DNA of 64,000 bases from Candidatus Bathyarchaeia archaeon (GTDB lineage: Archaea > Thermoproteota > Bathyarchaeia > 40CM-2-53-6), in the NCBI GenBank assembly GCA_050013255.1, contig JBEKFP010000001.1, positions 992,001 to 1,056,000 on the forward strand. The letters are read 5' to 3'. Below the pieces are notes generated by a model that was given only the letters and a program-made list of their open reading frames with translations, did not search any database and was not told where the DNA came from. Each line of letters begins with the position of its first letter. Position 1 is the first letter of the stretch. The position numbers and the translations under genes were made by a program. Positions 29,497-38,965 of this stretch are shown here, piece after piece.

Positions 29497-31080
29497 TTAC
29501 TCCGGCGGGATTTCCTGGTAGATTTTCGAAACGTCAATACCACGTGCTGCGTTCTTTGCCTGCATCCCTAAGTAAACTACGAGTCCTATGACAACCCAGA
29601 TTGCCAGAAAAGCCATCGACGAGAAGTCCAGTTCAAGCACCGGGAAGAGGAGTAACCAAGTGCCAATGCCTACGGTGAGTAATCCTAGGATTGAAATTAC
29701 TGGTATTCCGGCCACTTTCTTTTGAAGTGGGGAAAGTTTGAACATGTCCGGGCGTTTGAATGGGAGAATCATCGCCGCCATTCCGAATATGAAGAAGATA
29801 CAATACCATGTGAAGTCGAGTGTTGCCAGCAATACTGGGATGTTTCCGACGTAGACGAAGATGGACACTAGTCCAATAATGAAAGCCACCAGTAAGCCCC
29901 AGTAAGGAACGCCTCGGCTCTCGCTGACATTCGAGAATCTCTGCGGCAGTGCTCTATCGAAGCTTTGAGCAAATAGTATCCTTGATGTTGCGACTAGAAC
30001 GGGTGGAACAGTGTTGTAGAACCAGATGGATACCATGGTCATCAGTATCACAGCTACCCAAACGTTCGGAACTAGTGAACCGGCAAATAGCGGCACTGAG
30101 GGTCTTGTAGCAGGCAGTATGCCATTGAGTACGGCCGGGTACTTGTCCCACAAGTATGTGTAGGCACTAATCAGGCCTGAGTTTGTGTAGGGGTACCAGA
30201 TAGATCCTGCTACGATTACGTACAGGAACCAGGTTCCGATGAACCCTCCTATGAGACCGTTGAAAAGGCTCTTCTTAGGTGTCTTGACCTCACCAGCTGC
30301 AAATGAAACGCTCTCCCATCCTGTGAATGCCCAGTAGACGACTAGCAGCATACCCAATGTGCTCCCCATAGAGAATGTCGGGTTCGTCCAGCCATTGGCT
30401 GATGCAGCGCTGATAATCTTCTCCGCGACGCCAGCTCCCCACGTGTTATCGAATGCGGCAAAAGCTCCACCGGGACCGACAGTAAAGGGGATTATTATGA
30501 AAGCTGCCGTGGCGATTATTGGAATGATTGTTATCACTCGCATTAGCCACTTTACTGCCCCGAGACTGTACATAGTGACTAAGAAGAAGACGACAAGTGC
30601 TAGTAGCGAGACCGCGAATCTCCCTATAGTACCGGTCATCCACACCCCTACACTAAGCATTGATGGAACGTTCGCAGCATGTCCACCCAGCACGAACACC
30701 GACGCCAGCACGCCGGTCGCAACCCATGCCATCACACCCGTTGTCAAGCCGTTTCCGAGCATATAGATCCATGAGAAAACGAAGGATACTGTTGGATCAA
30801 TCAGCCTGCTCATGACAACATACATGCCCCCCGAGCGAGGCATTATTTGGAGCATGTACGCGAGGGTTATGGCAATAGGAAGCATTGTCACGCCGCCCAG
30901 CAAGAAAGATAACCAAGGCATGGCGCCCCGATACGTCGTAGCCGTTGTGACCTGATAGTAGAGCATTCCCGAAGCGGCTGGACACGCAATTGCCCAGATA
31001 ATCACGTCCCACGTACTCAGTTCTCTTACGAGTCCTGTAGCTTGTCTTACGAAGAACGCACCCTTTTGTTGTTCAGTCAA
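29497..31080 (-). CDS. APC-superfamily permease, copy 2
   Basis: FVRQATGLVRE, MPRSGGMYV, GWES..FAAGEVK, SRILFAQSFDR, C-terminal YQEIPPE; 12 or more TM. Confidence 0.9.
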   Translation of the reverse strand: MTEQQKGAFFVRQATGLVRELSTWDVIIWAIACPAASGMLYYQVTTATTYRGAMPWLSFLLGGVTMLPIAITLAYMLQIMPRSGGMYVVMSRLIDPTVSFVFSWIYMLGNGLTTGVMAWVATGVLASVFVLGGHAANVPSMLSVGVWMTGTIGRFAVSLLALVVFFLVTMYSLGAVKWLMRVITIIPIIATAAFIIIPFTVGPGGAFAAFDNTWGAGVAEKIISAASANGWTNPTFSMGSTLGMLLVVYWAFTGWESVSFAAGEVKTPKKSLFNGLIGGFIGTWFLYVIVAGSIWYPYTNSGLISAYTYLWDKYPAVLNGILPATRPSVPLFAGSLVPNVWVAVILMTMVSIWFYNTVPPVLVATSRILFAQSFDRALPQRFSNVSESRGVPYWGLLVAFIIGLVSIFVYVGNIPVLLATLDFTWYCIFFIFGMAAMILPFKRPDMFKLSPLQKKVAGIPVISILGLLTVGIGTWLLLFPVLELDFSSMAFLAIWVVIGLVVYLGMQAKNAARGIDVSKIYQEIPPE

Positions 31081-31115
31081 AGAAATTTTCCTCGCAGGTG
31101 GTGAGGAAGAAATCG

Positions 31116-31131
31116 ATTTAACACTTTCCTA
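31116..31131 (-). promoter_or_regulatory. Probable BRE+TATA promoter of permease copy 2 (TAGGAAAGTGTTAAAT)
   Basis: 14/16 identical to 1414-1429; about 36 nt upstream of the start. Confidence 0.55.
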
Positions 31132-31375
31132 AATAGAAAAATCTGGTATAGACTGAAGTGTTTGTATTAACTAAAAACCGGTTTGCATTAGGCAAAACAG
31201 ATTCGTATAGGTGTAAACAAGGTCATCTTGCCCAGAGAGTCAGGAGAGTAATCGCGATCGGTGTTCCACAACCTTGACTTTCGCGGCGCCTTTCACTAGC
31301 CTTCTTGAAGAAGCGGTCGTCAGCTAATCAGAACCCATTGCTTTGAGCTGAGGTAGCTGCGAGCTCGGTATGCTT

Positions 31376-32455
31376 TCAGAAAGCTATGGGCGTATCGATA
31401 GCTTCTTCCCACCAAGGCTTCGAATACTTCTTGTCCACGACGGGAATCGCCTCGAGGAGAGTGGCTAGCTTTTGGTCTATGGCCTGTACCACTTTGTCTG
31501 GGACTCCGCGCTTTCGGAGGATATCAGTCCTGTTCTTGAGGTTGTCCAGGTTTAATCTGACAGTCAGCCTCATCTTATCATCACGCCGGAGTTGGTCAGC
31601 CAACAGGCTTAGGTCAATATTCTCAGGTCCTGTGCCGAAGTCATGATCGTAAATTAGGGCACTCACATCCGTCAAATCTTTCAGCTCCATCCCAACAATG
31701 ATGAAGCCTCTTCGATAGCTTGGATAAGCAAGAATCCGAAAGTTTTGTCCATGTTCTTCCAGTTGCGCAACAACATCGTCCTGGGCTTCGAGAATGTACT
31801 GACACTTGGAGAGCAGGAGGTTGTTTAGTGAGATAGTATGGTGTTCATTCGTTACCGTTAGATCCTTTCGGCAATCGATCTTATGACGCATTTCAATGCG
31901 ATCAACAAAAAAGTCTAGGACCCCGATCATCGGTCTATTATCGGTTATGTCGTCAACCACATGATATCGAAAACGTTTGTTGACGCGAAGTCCATTGAAA
32001 GTCTTGTCTAATCGCGTGGCAAAATGAATAAACTGCGCCCCGAAAGCCTGATCAAGCTTGAGTAAGAGCCTGGTTGCGTATTTCACCTGACTCTTAGCGA
32101 CTATGAAATCTAGATCATGAAGTTCTCGAAAGAACGGAGCTCCTTGACCATTGGTGCTTCGGCATCGAACCTTGATTGCGCCTCCCCCGAATAGGGCGAG
32201 ATTTACGGGTTCATCAGTCAGGGGCTGGCGATAGACTGACGGAAAAAGTTCATGTAGCCGCGGAGCATTTCTCGCGGCCCAGAGAGCCACCACGGCCCTT
32301 TGCATTGGCACGTAATTCATGTCTACCCAATCGGGTATGTTAAGATCCTTCTTCATTGCTTGTAGGTCGGCTTTATTGCTCAGGGGCCAATCCACTTCAA
32401 GCGCGGTGCCGTCGTCTTCCGTGAAAAGTGAGATTCTCGTAGGTGTGGCGGTCAA
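31376..32455 (-). CDS. Nucleotidyltransferase-fold protein, copy 2 (long variant)
   Basis: LFGGGAI...LHDLDF...VLDFFVDRIEMRH, LLLSKCQ, KDLTD, SKPWW. Confidence 0.65.
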   Translation of the reverse strand: MTATPTRISLFTEDDGTALEVDWPLSNKADLQAMKKDLNIPDWVDMNYVPMQRAVVALWAARNAPRLHELFPSVYRQPLTDEPVNLALFGGGAIKVRCRSTNGQGAPFFRELHDLDFIVAKSQVKYATRLLLKLDQAFGAQFIHFATRLDKTFNGLRVNKRFRYHVVDDITDNRPMIGVLDFFVDRIEMRHKIDCRKDLTVTNEHHTISLNNLLLSKCQYILEAQDDVVAQLEEHGQNFRILAYPSYRRGFIIVGMELKDLTDVSALIYDHDFGTGPENIDLSLLADQLRRDDKMRLTVRLNLDNLKNRTDILRKRGVPDKVVQAIDQKLATLLEAIPVVDKKYSKPWWEEAIDTPIAF

Positions 32456-32582
32456 TAGAGTTCCCTTTGGTAGGAATTTCTCTGAATTACTTAGACGTTA
32501 CGTGATGAGTCCAATATTGAGAAGCACTCACGACGCTGCAGCTCGATCAACATACTCCCCGATGAGCCTGACGTGTAATTCG

Positions 32583-33326
32583 TTATTCTGGCTCATTCGG
32601 TGAACTTCTGAAATCCCGTTTTCCGCGAATCAACTCGTATGTTGAGGTGGCAAGAATGTCTATCGTATCGAAAAGTGGGATGTGGATATCGCCTTGTCGT
32701 ACGAGCAGTGGGATCTCCGTGCAGCCTGCAATAACGCCTTCAATGCCTGCTTTCTTTCTCACATTATTGATGATGCTAATTATCGAGGCTCTGTCGAATT
32801 GAGTTCGACGGCCCGATTCAACGTTGATAATTATTCGTTCAATTAGCCGTTTCTGGGCCGCGTCGGGCTTAACCAAGCTGATTTCGCGGTCAGTCAAGGA
32901 GTTATCGTATATCTGGCGGTTGACTGTAAACCTGGTGCCGAGCAACAGTACCTTTCTCAAACCTTTGGCTCTGATTTCCTGTGTGGTCTCTTCGACTATG
33001 CTGAGCACCGGGATCTTGACTGCACTCCTCATAATTGGGAGAAAGTAATGAACCGAGTTGCAAGGGATTGCGATAAAATCGGCTCCTGCTTTTTCGAGAA
33101 GTTTAACATTGGATCGCAATACTTGTTCGACTTTTGATTTGTTGAATCCTCTCCACATTCGGCCGTCAGGAACGGGGCAACTGTTTATGATGATGGGCGG
33201 AAAATCTGAATTATACTTCGCCCCGAGTTCCCGCTGGCACCGACTGATGATTCCCACGTATAGGCTTGCTGTAGCTTCTGGTCCCATGCCTCCAAGGATT
33301 CCCAGTTTTCGAACATATTTTCTCAT
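32583..33326 (-). CDS. Aspartate/glutamate racemase-family (PLP-independent) amino acid racemase
   Basis: GILGGMGPEAT, IPCNSVH, LLGT, AGCTEIPL. Confidence 0.92.
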   Translation of the reverse strand: MRKYVRKLGILGGMGPEATASLYVGIISRCQRELGAKYNSDFPPIIINSCPVPDGRMWRGFNKSKVEQVLRSNVKLLEKAGADFIAIPCNSVHYFLPIMRSAVKIPVLSIVEETTQEIRAKGLRKVLLLGTRFTVNRQIYDNSLTDREISLVKPDAAQKRLIERIIINVESGRRTQFDRASIISIINNVRKKAGIEGVIAGCTEIPLLVRQGDIHIPLFDTIDILATSTYELIRGKRDFRSSPNEPE

Positions 33327-33706
33327 CCTTTCTATACTTCCAGTTCAGTCTGTGTCTATGAACCGATGATTTGCTAAGCAGCAAAATGAAGCGGCCCACA
33401 CATTGCACATTCGATAACCAGCCGGCGTGCTAATTAGCGAATTTTCTTCACCCTTGCGCTGACTCACATTGACGGTTTCATATGAAGATCGAATGCTTCG
33501 TCTAGTAAACGATTATGTGTTCCAACTAAGGGAGGGTCATTTTGAATAAACTACGCTATGAGAAAATTGTATGTACACTGCCGCTGGATTTGCTTTGAAC
33601 GGTTCGTGGGTGAACGCGTCCACTTGAAAAATCTGCAAGCCCATGACTGAGAACAGGGGGAAGATCTTAAAGATGCTTTCCGAATTGCTCAACCTCGAAT
33701 GATGAA

Positions 33707-34750
33707 GTGATGAAAACGATTAAGGTTGTTCAATATGGTGTAGGCCCGATCGGGCTCGGGATTGTTGACGTTCTCCTAGCCCGACCTTGGATTCAGCTGG
33801 TTGGGGCAATTGACACCGACAAGAATAAGGTTGGAAAAGACGTTGGTCAGCTACTCAGTAATCCGCGAAAGACTGGGGTTACTGTGAGCGATAAGGCCGA
33901 AGATGTTCTCAAGAAGATTAAGCCAGACATAGTGACACACGCGACCTCTTCCTACATGAAAACGATCCAACCACAAATCGCTCAAATCATAGAAACTGGA
34001 ACAAGTGTCGTCTCTACCGCAGAAGAACTCTCCTATCCATTTGTGAAATCCCCCGAGATAGCAACACAGTTGGACGAACAGGCGAGGGACAAGAACGCGG
34101 TGATCCTCGGGACGGGCATTAACCCAGGGTTCTTACTGGACACGTTGGCTGTTGCGTTGAGTGGCGTCTGCCAGAAGGTTAATTCTATTCGAGCCGAACG
34201 CGTTGTGGATGCTTCGCAGCGTAGATTACCACTTCAAAAGAAGATTGGGGCTGGGCTGACGCTTAGCGAATTTGAGAAGAAAGTGGCGGAAGGCACAATA
34301 AAGCACGTTGGCCTGCCCGAGTCGGTAGGCCTCATCGCTCTGGCTATGGGATGGAAAGTTGGCGAAATACAAGAGAGGATCACCCCAGTCATGGCCGAGA
34401 AGGAAGTTAAGAGTGACTACATCAAGGTCCCACCCGGTTCCGTAGCCGGAGTCAGGCAAGTCGCTAAAGGAATCCTTGCAGACCAAGAGCTCGTAGTGCT
34501 CGACCTACGAATGTACCTAGCGGCTGAGAACCCGCATGACTCGGTCTTAATTGACGGCATCCCCCCGGTCGACATGGTAATTCGGGGCGGCGTCCAAGGA
34601 GACCGGGCGACACCAGCCATAATTGTCAATTCGATTCCAAAAATGGTTGCCCTGAAACCTGGGCTGAGGACGATGCTTGACTTGCCGCCAATTCCGCCCG
34701 TTCAGAATCTTGAGATCGAGAATCGCTCTGTCATGACGAAAACATTCTAG
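33707..34750 (+). CDS. 2,4-diaminopentanoate dehydrogenase-like NAD(P)-dependent amine dehydrogenase (DapB_N family)
   Basis: YGVGPIG, VSTAEELSYP, GTGINPGF..D, HVGLPES, GDRAT, PGL.TMLDLP. Confidence 0.82.
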   Translation: MMKTIKVVQYGVGPIGLGIVDVLLARPWIQLVGAIDTDKNKVGKDVGQLLSNPRKTGVTVSDKAEDVLKKIKPDIVTHATSSYMKTIQPQIAQIIETGTSVVSTAEELSYPFVKSPEIATQLDEQARDKNAVILGTGINPGFLLDTLAVALSGVCQKVNSIRAERVVDASQRRLPLQKKIGAGLTLSEFEKKVAEGTIKHVGLPESVGLIALAMGWKVGEIQERITPVMAEKEVKSDYIKVPPGSVAGVRQVAKGILADQELVVLDLRMYLAAENPHDSVLIDGIPPVDMVIRGGVQGDRATPAIIVNSIPKMVALKPGLRTMLDLPPIPPVQNLEIENRSVMTKTF

Positions 34751-34758
34751 GCTCGTCA

Positions 34759-35817
34759 TTGACCTTGACGAACAACATGCGAATCGTTGATCTAAGAAGC
34801 GATACTGTCACGCTTCCCACCGAGGAAATGCTTGAAGCAATCCGGACCGCTGAGCTAGGAGACGACGTATACGGCGAGGATCCTAGCGTCAACCGTCTAG
34901 AGGAACTGGCTGCTAAGAAGATGGGCAAACAAGCCGCCCTATTGACAACCAGCGGAACACAAGCGAACCTTCTAAGCGTAATGAGTCAAACCGAACGTGG
35001 CGATGAGATTATTCTAGAAAGCGAGGCTCACATGTACTTCTACGAGGTTGGAGCTTTCTCCGTTCTAGGAGGGCTAATTCCTCGCCTAGTGAAAGGCAAT
35101 ATGGGCGTGATGACGCCTGAGAGCGTTGAAGCATCCCTCAGGCCTCCGAACATACACTTTCCACCCACAAGTTTGGTCTGCATAGAGAACACGCACAACC
35201 GGGCTGGAGGAACAATGTGGACGCCAACCCAAATCAAAGCGGTATCCGGCATCGCAAAGAAACACAAATTGAAAGTTCACATGGACGGCGCCAGGATTTT
35301 CAACGCCAGCGTTGCACAGAACATAGATGTTCGCGAGTTTACGCAGCACGTAGACTCACTAATGTTCTGCCTCTCAAAGGGGCTGAGTGCACCTATCGGG
35401 TCGCTGGTAGTCGGTGACCAAGCGTTCATTGACAATGCGCGACGGTATCGAAAAATGCTCGGTGGAGGCATGAGGCAAGCTGGAATAATTGCCGCGGCAG
35501 GTATTGTGGCCATCGAGAAGATGGTGGACCGGCTCAAAGATGACCATGCAAACGCAAAGAGACTAGCGACAGGACTGGCGAAACTAGGCTACGGAGTAGA
35601 CGCTTCGCGAGTTCAGACCAACATCGTCGTCTGCGGCGTAAGCGGACTAGGAACAAACTCGGGAGAATGGATATCGAAAATGAGCGAGCATGGAGTGAAA
35701 ACAGGCTCAGTCGACGCCGATCGAGTGAGGATGGTAACCCATCGCGGTATAGAAAAGGAAGACATAGATTTTGCGATCAACGCCGCAGAGAAGGTCGTGC
35801 ATCAGGCCAAAAAATAG
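34759..35817 (+). CDS. ltaE: Low-specificity L-threonine aldolase
   Basis: DLRSDTVT, GDDVYGEDP, SGTQAN, ENTHN, HMDGARIFNA, CLSKGL.AP.GS, GGGMRQAG. Confidence 0.93.
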   Translation: MTLTNNMRIVDLRSDTVTLPTEEMLEAIRTAELGDDVYGEDPSVNRLEELAAKKMGKQAALLTTSGTQANLLSVMSQTERGDEIILESEAHMYFYEVGAFSVLGGLIPRLVKGNMGVMTPESVEASLRPPNIHFPPTSLVCIENTHNRAGGTMWTPTQIKAVSGIAKKHKLKVHMDGARIFNASVAQNIDVREFTQHVDSLMFCLSKGLSAPIGSLVVGDQAFIDNARRYRKMLGGGMRQAGIIAAAGIVAIEKMVDRLKDDHANAKRLATGLAKLGYGVDASRVQTNIVVCGVSGLGTNSGEWISKMSEHGVKTGSVDADRVRMVTHRGIEKEDIDFAINAAEKVVHQAKK

Positions 35818-35931
35818 CCGGGTTGAATCATCCTCCCGTTATTTCACGATGACGGAGTGACTCCTCGAGCTTAAGAGTTCATACTTTTGCAAGATGTTGA
35901 CTGAGTTGGACTTGGTTGTGAGGCGCATCAG

Positions 35932-36597
35932 ATGGAATTCATTTTCATGTTAACGCATCATGATGTTACCATACCGAACGCGTTGCAGATACTCGATGAA
36001 ATCAAAGACACGGGCGTTAGGTGCGTTGGTTGCAAGGATATTGGACTCAGCTTCGATCAATACAAAGAACTCTTCCAGATGCTCAAGAAAGGTGAGATTG
36101 AGAGCTTTCTAGAGGTGGTCACCTACAAGGATGAAGAGCACTTCCGCGCCGTGGACCTGGCCTTGAAGATTGGAGCCGACAATCTCATTGGAGGAATGCC
36201 CGCGTACACCAAGAAGACGATGGATTATCTGAAACAGAAGCATTCACAATTACGTTTCTATCCCTACATTGGAACGATAACGGGACACCCGTGCATTTTG
36301 GGTGGGGGCGTTAGAGAAATAATTAGAGATGGAAAGAAAGCAGAAAAACACGGCGTTAGTGGAATAAACCTGCTGCTCTACCGTTACTCCGAAAACCAGA
36401 AGGAGCTCTTAGCCGCCACTAAAGAACTGCAAACGCGGTTGATCGTCGCGGGAAACGTCGCCGACTTCGAGCAAATAAAGGAGCTGAAGCGAAACGGAAT
36501 TTGGGGATTCACTATAGGCGGAGCAGTACTTGAAGGGAAATTTGTGAAGAACGGCACTACGAAGGAGCAAATCGAGGCAGTTCTGAAAAGCATCTAA
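35932..36597 (+). CDS. Uncharacterised phosphate-binding TIM-barrel protein
   Basis: FIFMLT, GCKDIG, FLEVV, IVAGNV, GFTIGGA (terminal phosphate-binding loops of ribulose-phosphate-binding barrels). Confidence 0.6.
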   Translation: MEFIFMLTHHDVTIPNALQILDEIKDTGVRCVGCKDIGLSFDQYKELFQMLKKGEIESFLEVVTYKDEEHFRAVDLALKIGADNLIGGMPAYTKKTMDYLKQKHSQLRFYPYIGTITGHPCILGGGVREIIRDGKKAEKHGVSGINLLLYRYSENQKELLAATKELQTRLIVAGNVADFEQIKELKRNGIWGFTIGGAVLEGKFVKNGTTKEQIEAVLKSI

Positions 36598-36768
36598 TCG
36601 CTTACAAACTTCGCATGATAAGCTTCCAATTTTCCGCAAATGAAGCCATTCGTCACTTAGGGAAACTAATATGCGATTAATGAGATAAAAATTCATTTCA
36701 AGACGATTCTACCTGTGGTTTGAATGCGAAACCGTTAAGTTGAGCTGCACAGACTCGGTTTTGAAGAG

Positions 36769-37287
36769 TTGCTCTTGACAAAGAAAGGATTCGAGAATTT
36801 CGCCGTTTACATGTTCTCGATGGATTACCCAGAGGTCTGCAGAATCGAATTTAACCCAAAGAGCATGAAACAGAGAGGCGATGTGGTCTTCCACTTTCCG
36901 GATCGTGAAAAGATGTTTGTGTCGTGGGGCAAGCTTGACGTTGCACAGAAGAAGTTTGCAACGCTTGAAGAGCAGGCCGAGAAGAGTCTAAAAGCCGCAA
37001 GCAAAAGTGCCCAAACGAAAACTATGGAACGGGTCAAGCAAGACTCGATGAAGATAAACTCGCATAAGGCGGTCTACAATCACGTTAGAATGGAAGAGAC
37101 GCCTAAGGGATTCTTTTCAAGTAAGCAGAAGATATTGCGCGATGTTCTGTCGATACATCTTCATTGCGAACCTACTTCCAGATATTTCGTTATTTACGCT
37201 ATGCCCACTCGAAATGCGCCTGAAGATTTCGGAGACCTCTTCCTAGACATGGCTCACACCTTCGAGTGTCACCCAATCGCACGCTAG
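36769..37287 (+). CDS. Hypothetical protein (possibly PsbP/Mog1-like fold)
   Basis: Clean 172-aa ORF in operon-like position; FSMDYPE and terminal beta-strand/helix pattern. The fold call is a guess. Confidence 0.55.
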   Translation: MLLTKKGFENFAVYMFSMDYPEVCRIEFNPKSMKQRGDVVFHFPDREKMFVSWGKLDVAQKKFATLEEQAEKSLKAASKSAQTKTMERVKQDSMKINSHKAVYNHVRMEETPKGFFSSKQKILRDVLSIHLHCEPTSRYFVIYAMPTRNAPEDFGDLFLDMAHTFECHPIAR

Positions 37288-37310
37288 TGGCAGTCTTTTT
37301 GGGCTGAGGT

Positions 37311-38837
37311 GTGACGCCTCGCATGGTCTGTTTTCTGAGCGTAGATGCAGGAACAACGGCGTCGAAAGTTGCCTTGTTTAAGCAAGATGGAGAACTCCTA
37401 GCAAGCTCCACCCGTGAATACGAACTAATCACCCCTTCACCGTTGGAAGTAGAGATCGACGCCGAAACGCTCTGGCGTGCTTTCACTTCTGGCGTCCACG
37501 AAGTTCTAGAATCCGGAGTTCGCCCGGACGACATCAAGGCCATAGGAATTTCGGCACAGGGTGAAACGCTGATACCTGTTGATAGCGAAGCGAAACCCCT
37601 CAGACGTGCTATAGTTTGGCTTGATAGTAGAGCCCAAAACGAGGCCGATGCAATCAACGCTGAATTCGACGAGACATTCTACAAAATCACGGGACAAGTG
37701 AAACCCTCCCCAACATGGCCAGCATCAAAAATTCTATGGTTAAAAAGACATGAACCGGCGACCTTCGAGAAGGCGTCTAAGTACATTCTCGTAGAGGACT
37801 ATCTCATTCACAGGATGACAGGGAAATTTGTCTCCGAAGGTTCTCTCCTCTGTTCGACAACCTACTGGGACATACGCACACGAAAATGGTGGGATGAAAT
37901 GCTGGACTTTGTTGGCATCACGGCCGACCAGCTGCCCGAAGTAAGAGAATCGGCGGAACCCATCGACACGCTGTTGGCACGACCCTCCGAAGACCTCGGC
38001 CTAGCCAGAAGCACCTTGGTTTGTACTGGTGCCTTAGACCAAGCTGCAGGCGCAGTAGGGGTAGGAAACGTTCATGCAGGATTATTCTCCGAGAACACTG
38101 GCGCTGCTCTCGCGATATGTGCGCCGTTAGAGGAATTGAAGATGGATCCCAAACGAAAGATGCCAATTCATTATTTCGCCAAACCGGGTACCTACATGGT
38201 TCACAGCTTCACGACGGGCGGCATGGTTCTTCGATGGTTCCGGGACAAGTTCTGTCAATCAGAGATGGATATTGCAACGTCAAAGGGTTTGGATCCCTAT
38301 GACGTTATCAGCACCGATGCCGCTAAGGTACCGCCCGGTAGCGAAGGATTGGTGATGTTGCCGCATCTTCAAGGTGCGATGGCACCCGAATCGAACCCGC
38401 GCGCCAAAGGAGTATTCTACGGATTTACACTACACCACACAAAAGCGCACTTCGTACGAGCCATTATGGAATCCATCGCCTGCACGGTCAGGCGAAACAT
38501 CGAGGCTCTACATGATATGGGAATCGAGATTGATGAAATCAGAGCCCTCGGCGGAGGGGCCAAGAGCAAATTGTGGAAACAGATTGAATCTGACCTAACC
38601 GGAAAACCGGTAGTGATCACTACATCACAATCAGAGGCATGCCTTGGGGCTGCGATACTCTCTGGCAAAGCCGCAGGTATCTTCAAGAGCGTTGATGAGG
38701 CCTGCGAAAAAATGATACGGACAAAGGACCGGTTCACTCCAAATAGCAACAACTTTGGCACTTACGATGAACTATACCGAAAATACACTAGATTATACGA
38801 GGACCTCTGCGGCCTTTTCTCCGAAGAGAAAAACTGA
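37311..38837 (+). CDS. FGGY-family carbohydrate kinase (xylulokinase-like)
   Basis: DAGTTASK, ISAQGE, IVWLDSR, GALDQAA, LGGGAKS.LW.QI. Confidence 0.92.
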   Translation: MTPRMVCFLSVDAGTTASKVALFKQDGELLASSTREYELITPSPLEVEIDAETLWRAFTSGVHEVLESGVRPDDIKAIGISAQGETLIPVDSEAKPLRRAIVWLDSRAQNEADAINAEFDETFYKITGQVKPSPTWPASKILWLKRHEPATFEKASKYILVEDYLIHRMTGKFVSEGSLLCSTTYWDIRTRKWWDEMLDFVGITADQLPEVRESAEPIDTLLARPSEDLGLARSTLVCTGALDQAAGAVGVGNVHAGLFSENTGAALAICAPLEELKMDPKRKMPIHYFAKPGTYMVHSFTTGGMVLRWFRDKFCQSEMDIATSKGLDPYDVISTDAAKVPPGSEGLVMLPHLQGAMAPESNPRAKGVFYGFTLHHTKAHFVRAIMESIACTVRRNIEALHDMGIEIDEIRALGGGAKSKLWKQIESDLTGKPVVITTSQSEACLGAAILSGKAAGIFKSVDEACEKMIRTKDRFTPNSNNFGTYDELYRKYTRLYEDLCGLFSEEKN

Positions 38838-38965
38838 GAATGGTTTGTGGTAAGGAGTCTCGCGGCGTCCTGCCATGGCTGTAGCTATTGAGATTAGAAA
38901 TTTACCGAAACACCAATTATCTTGAGCTCTTATCTCATCCGTCTTGGAATCACCGGGGATCTGCT

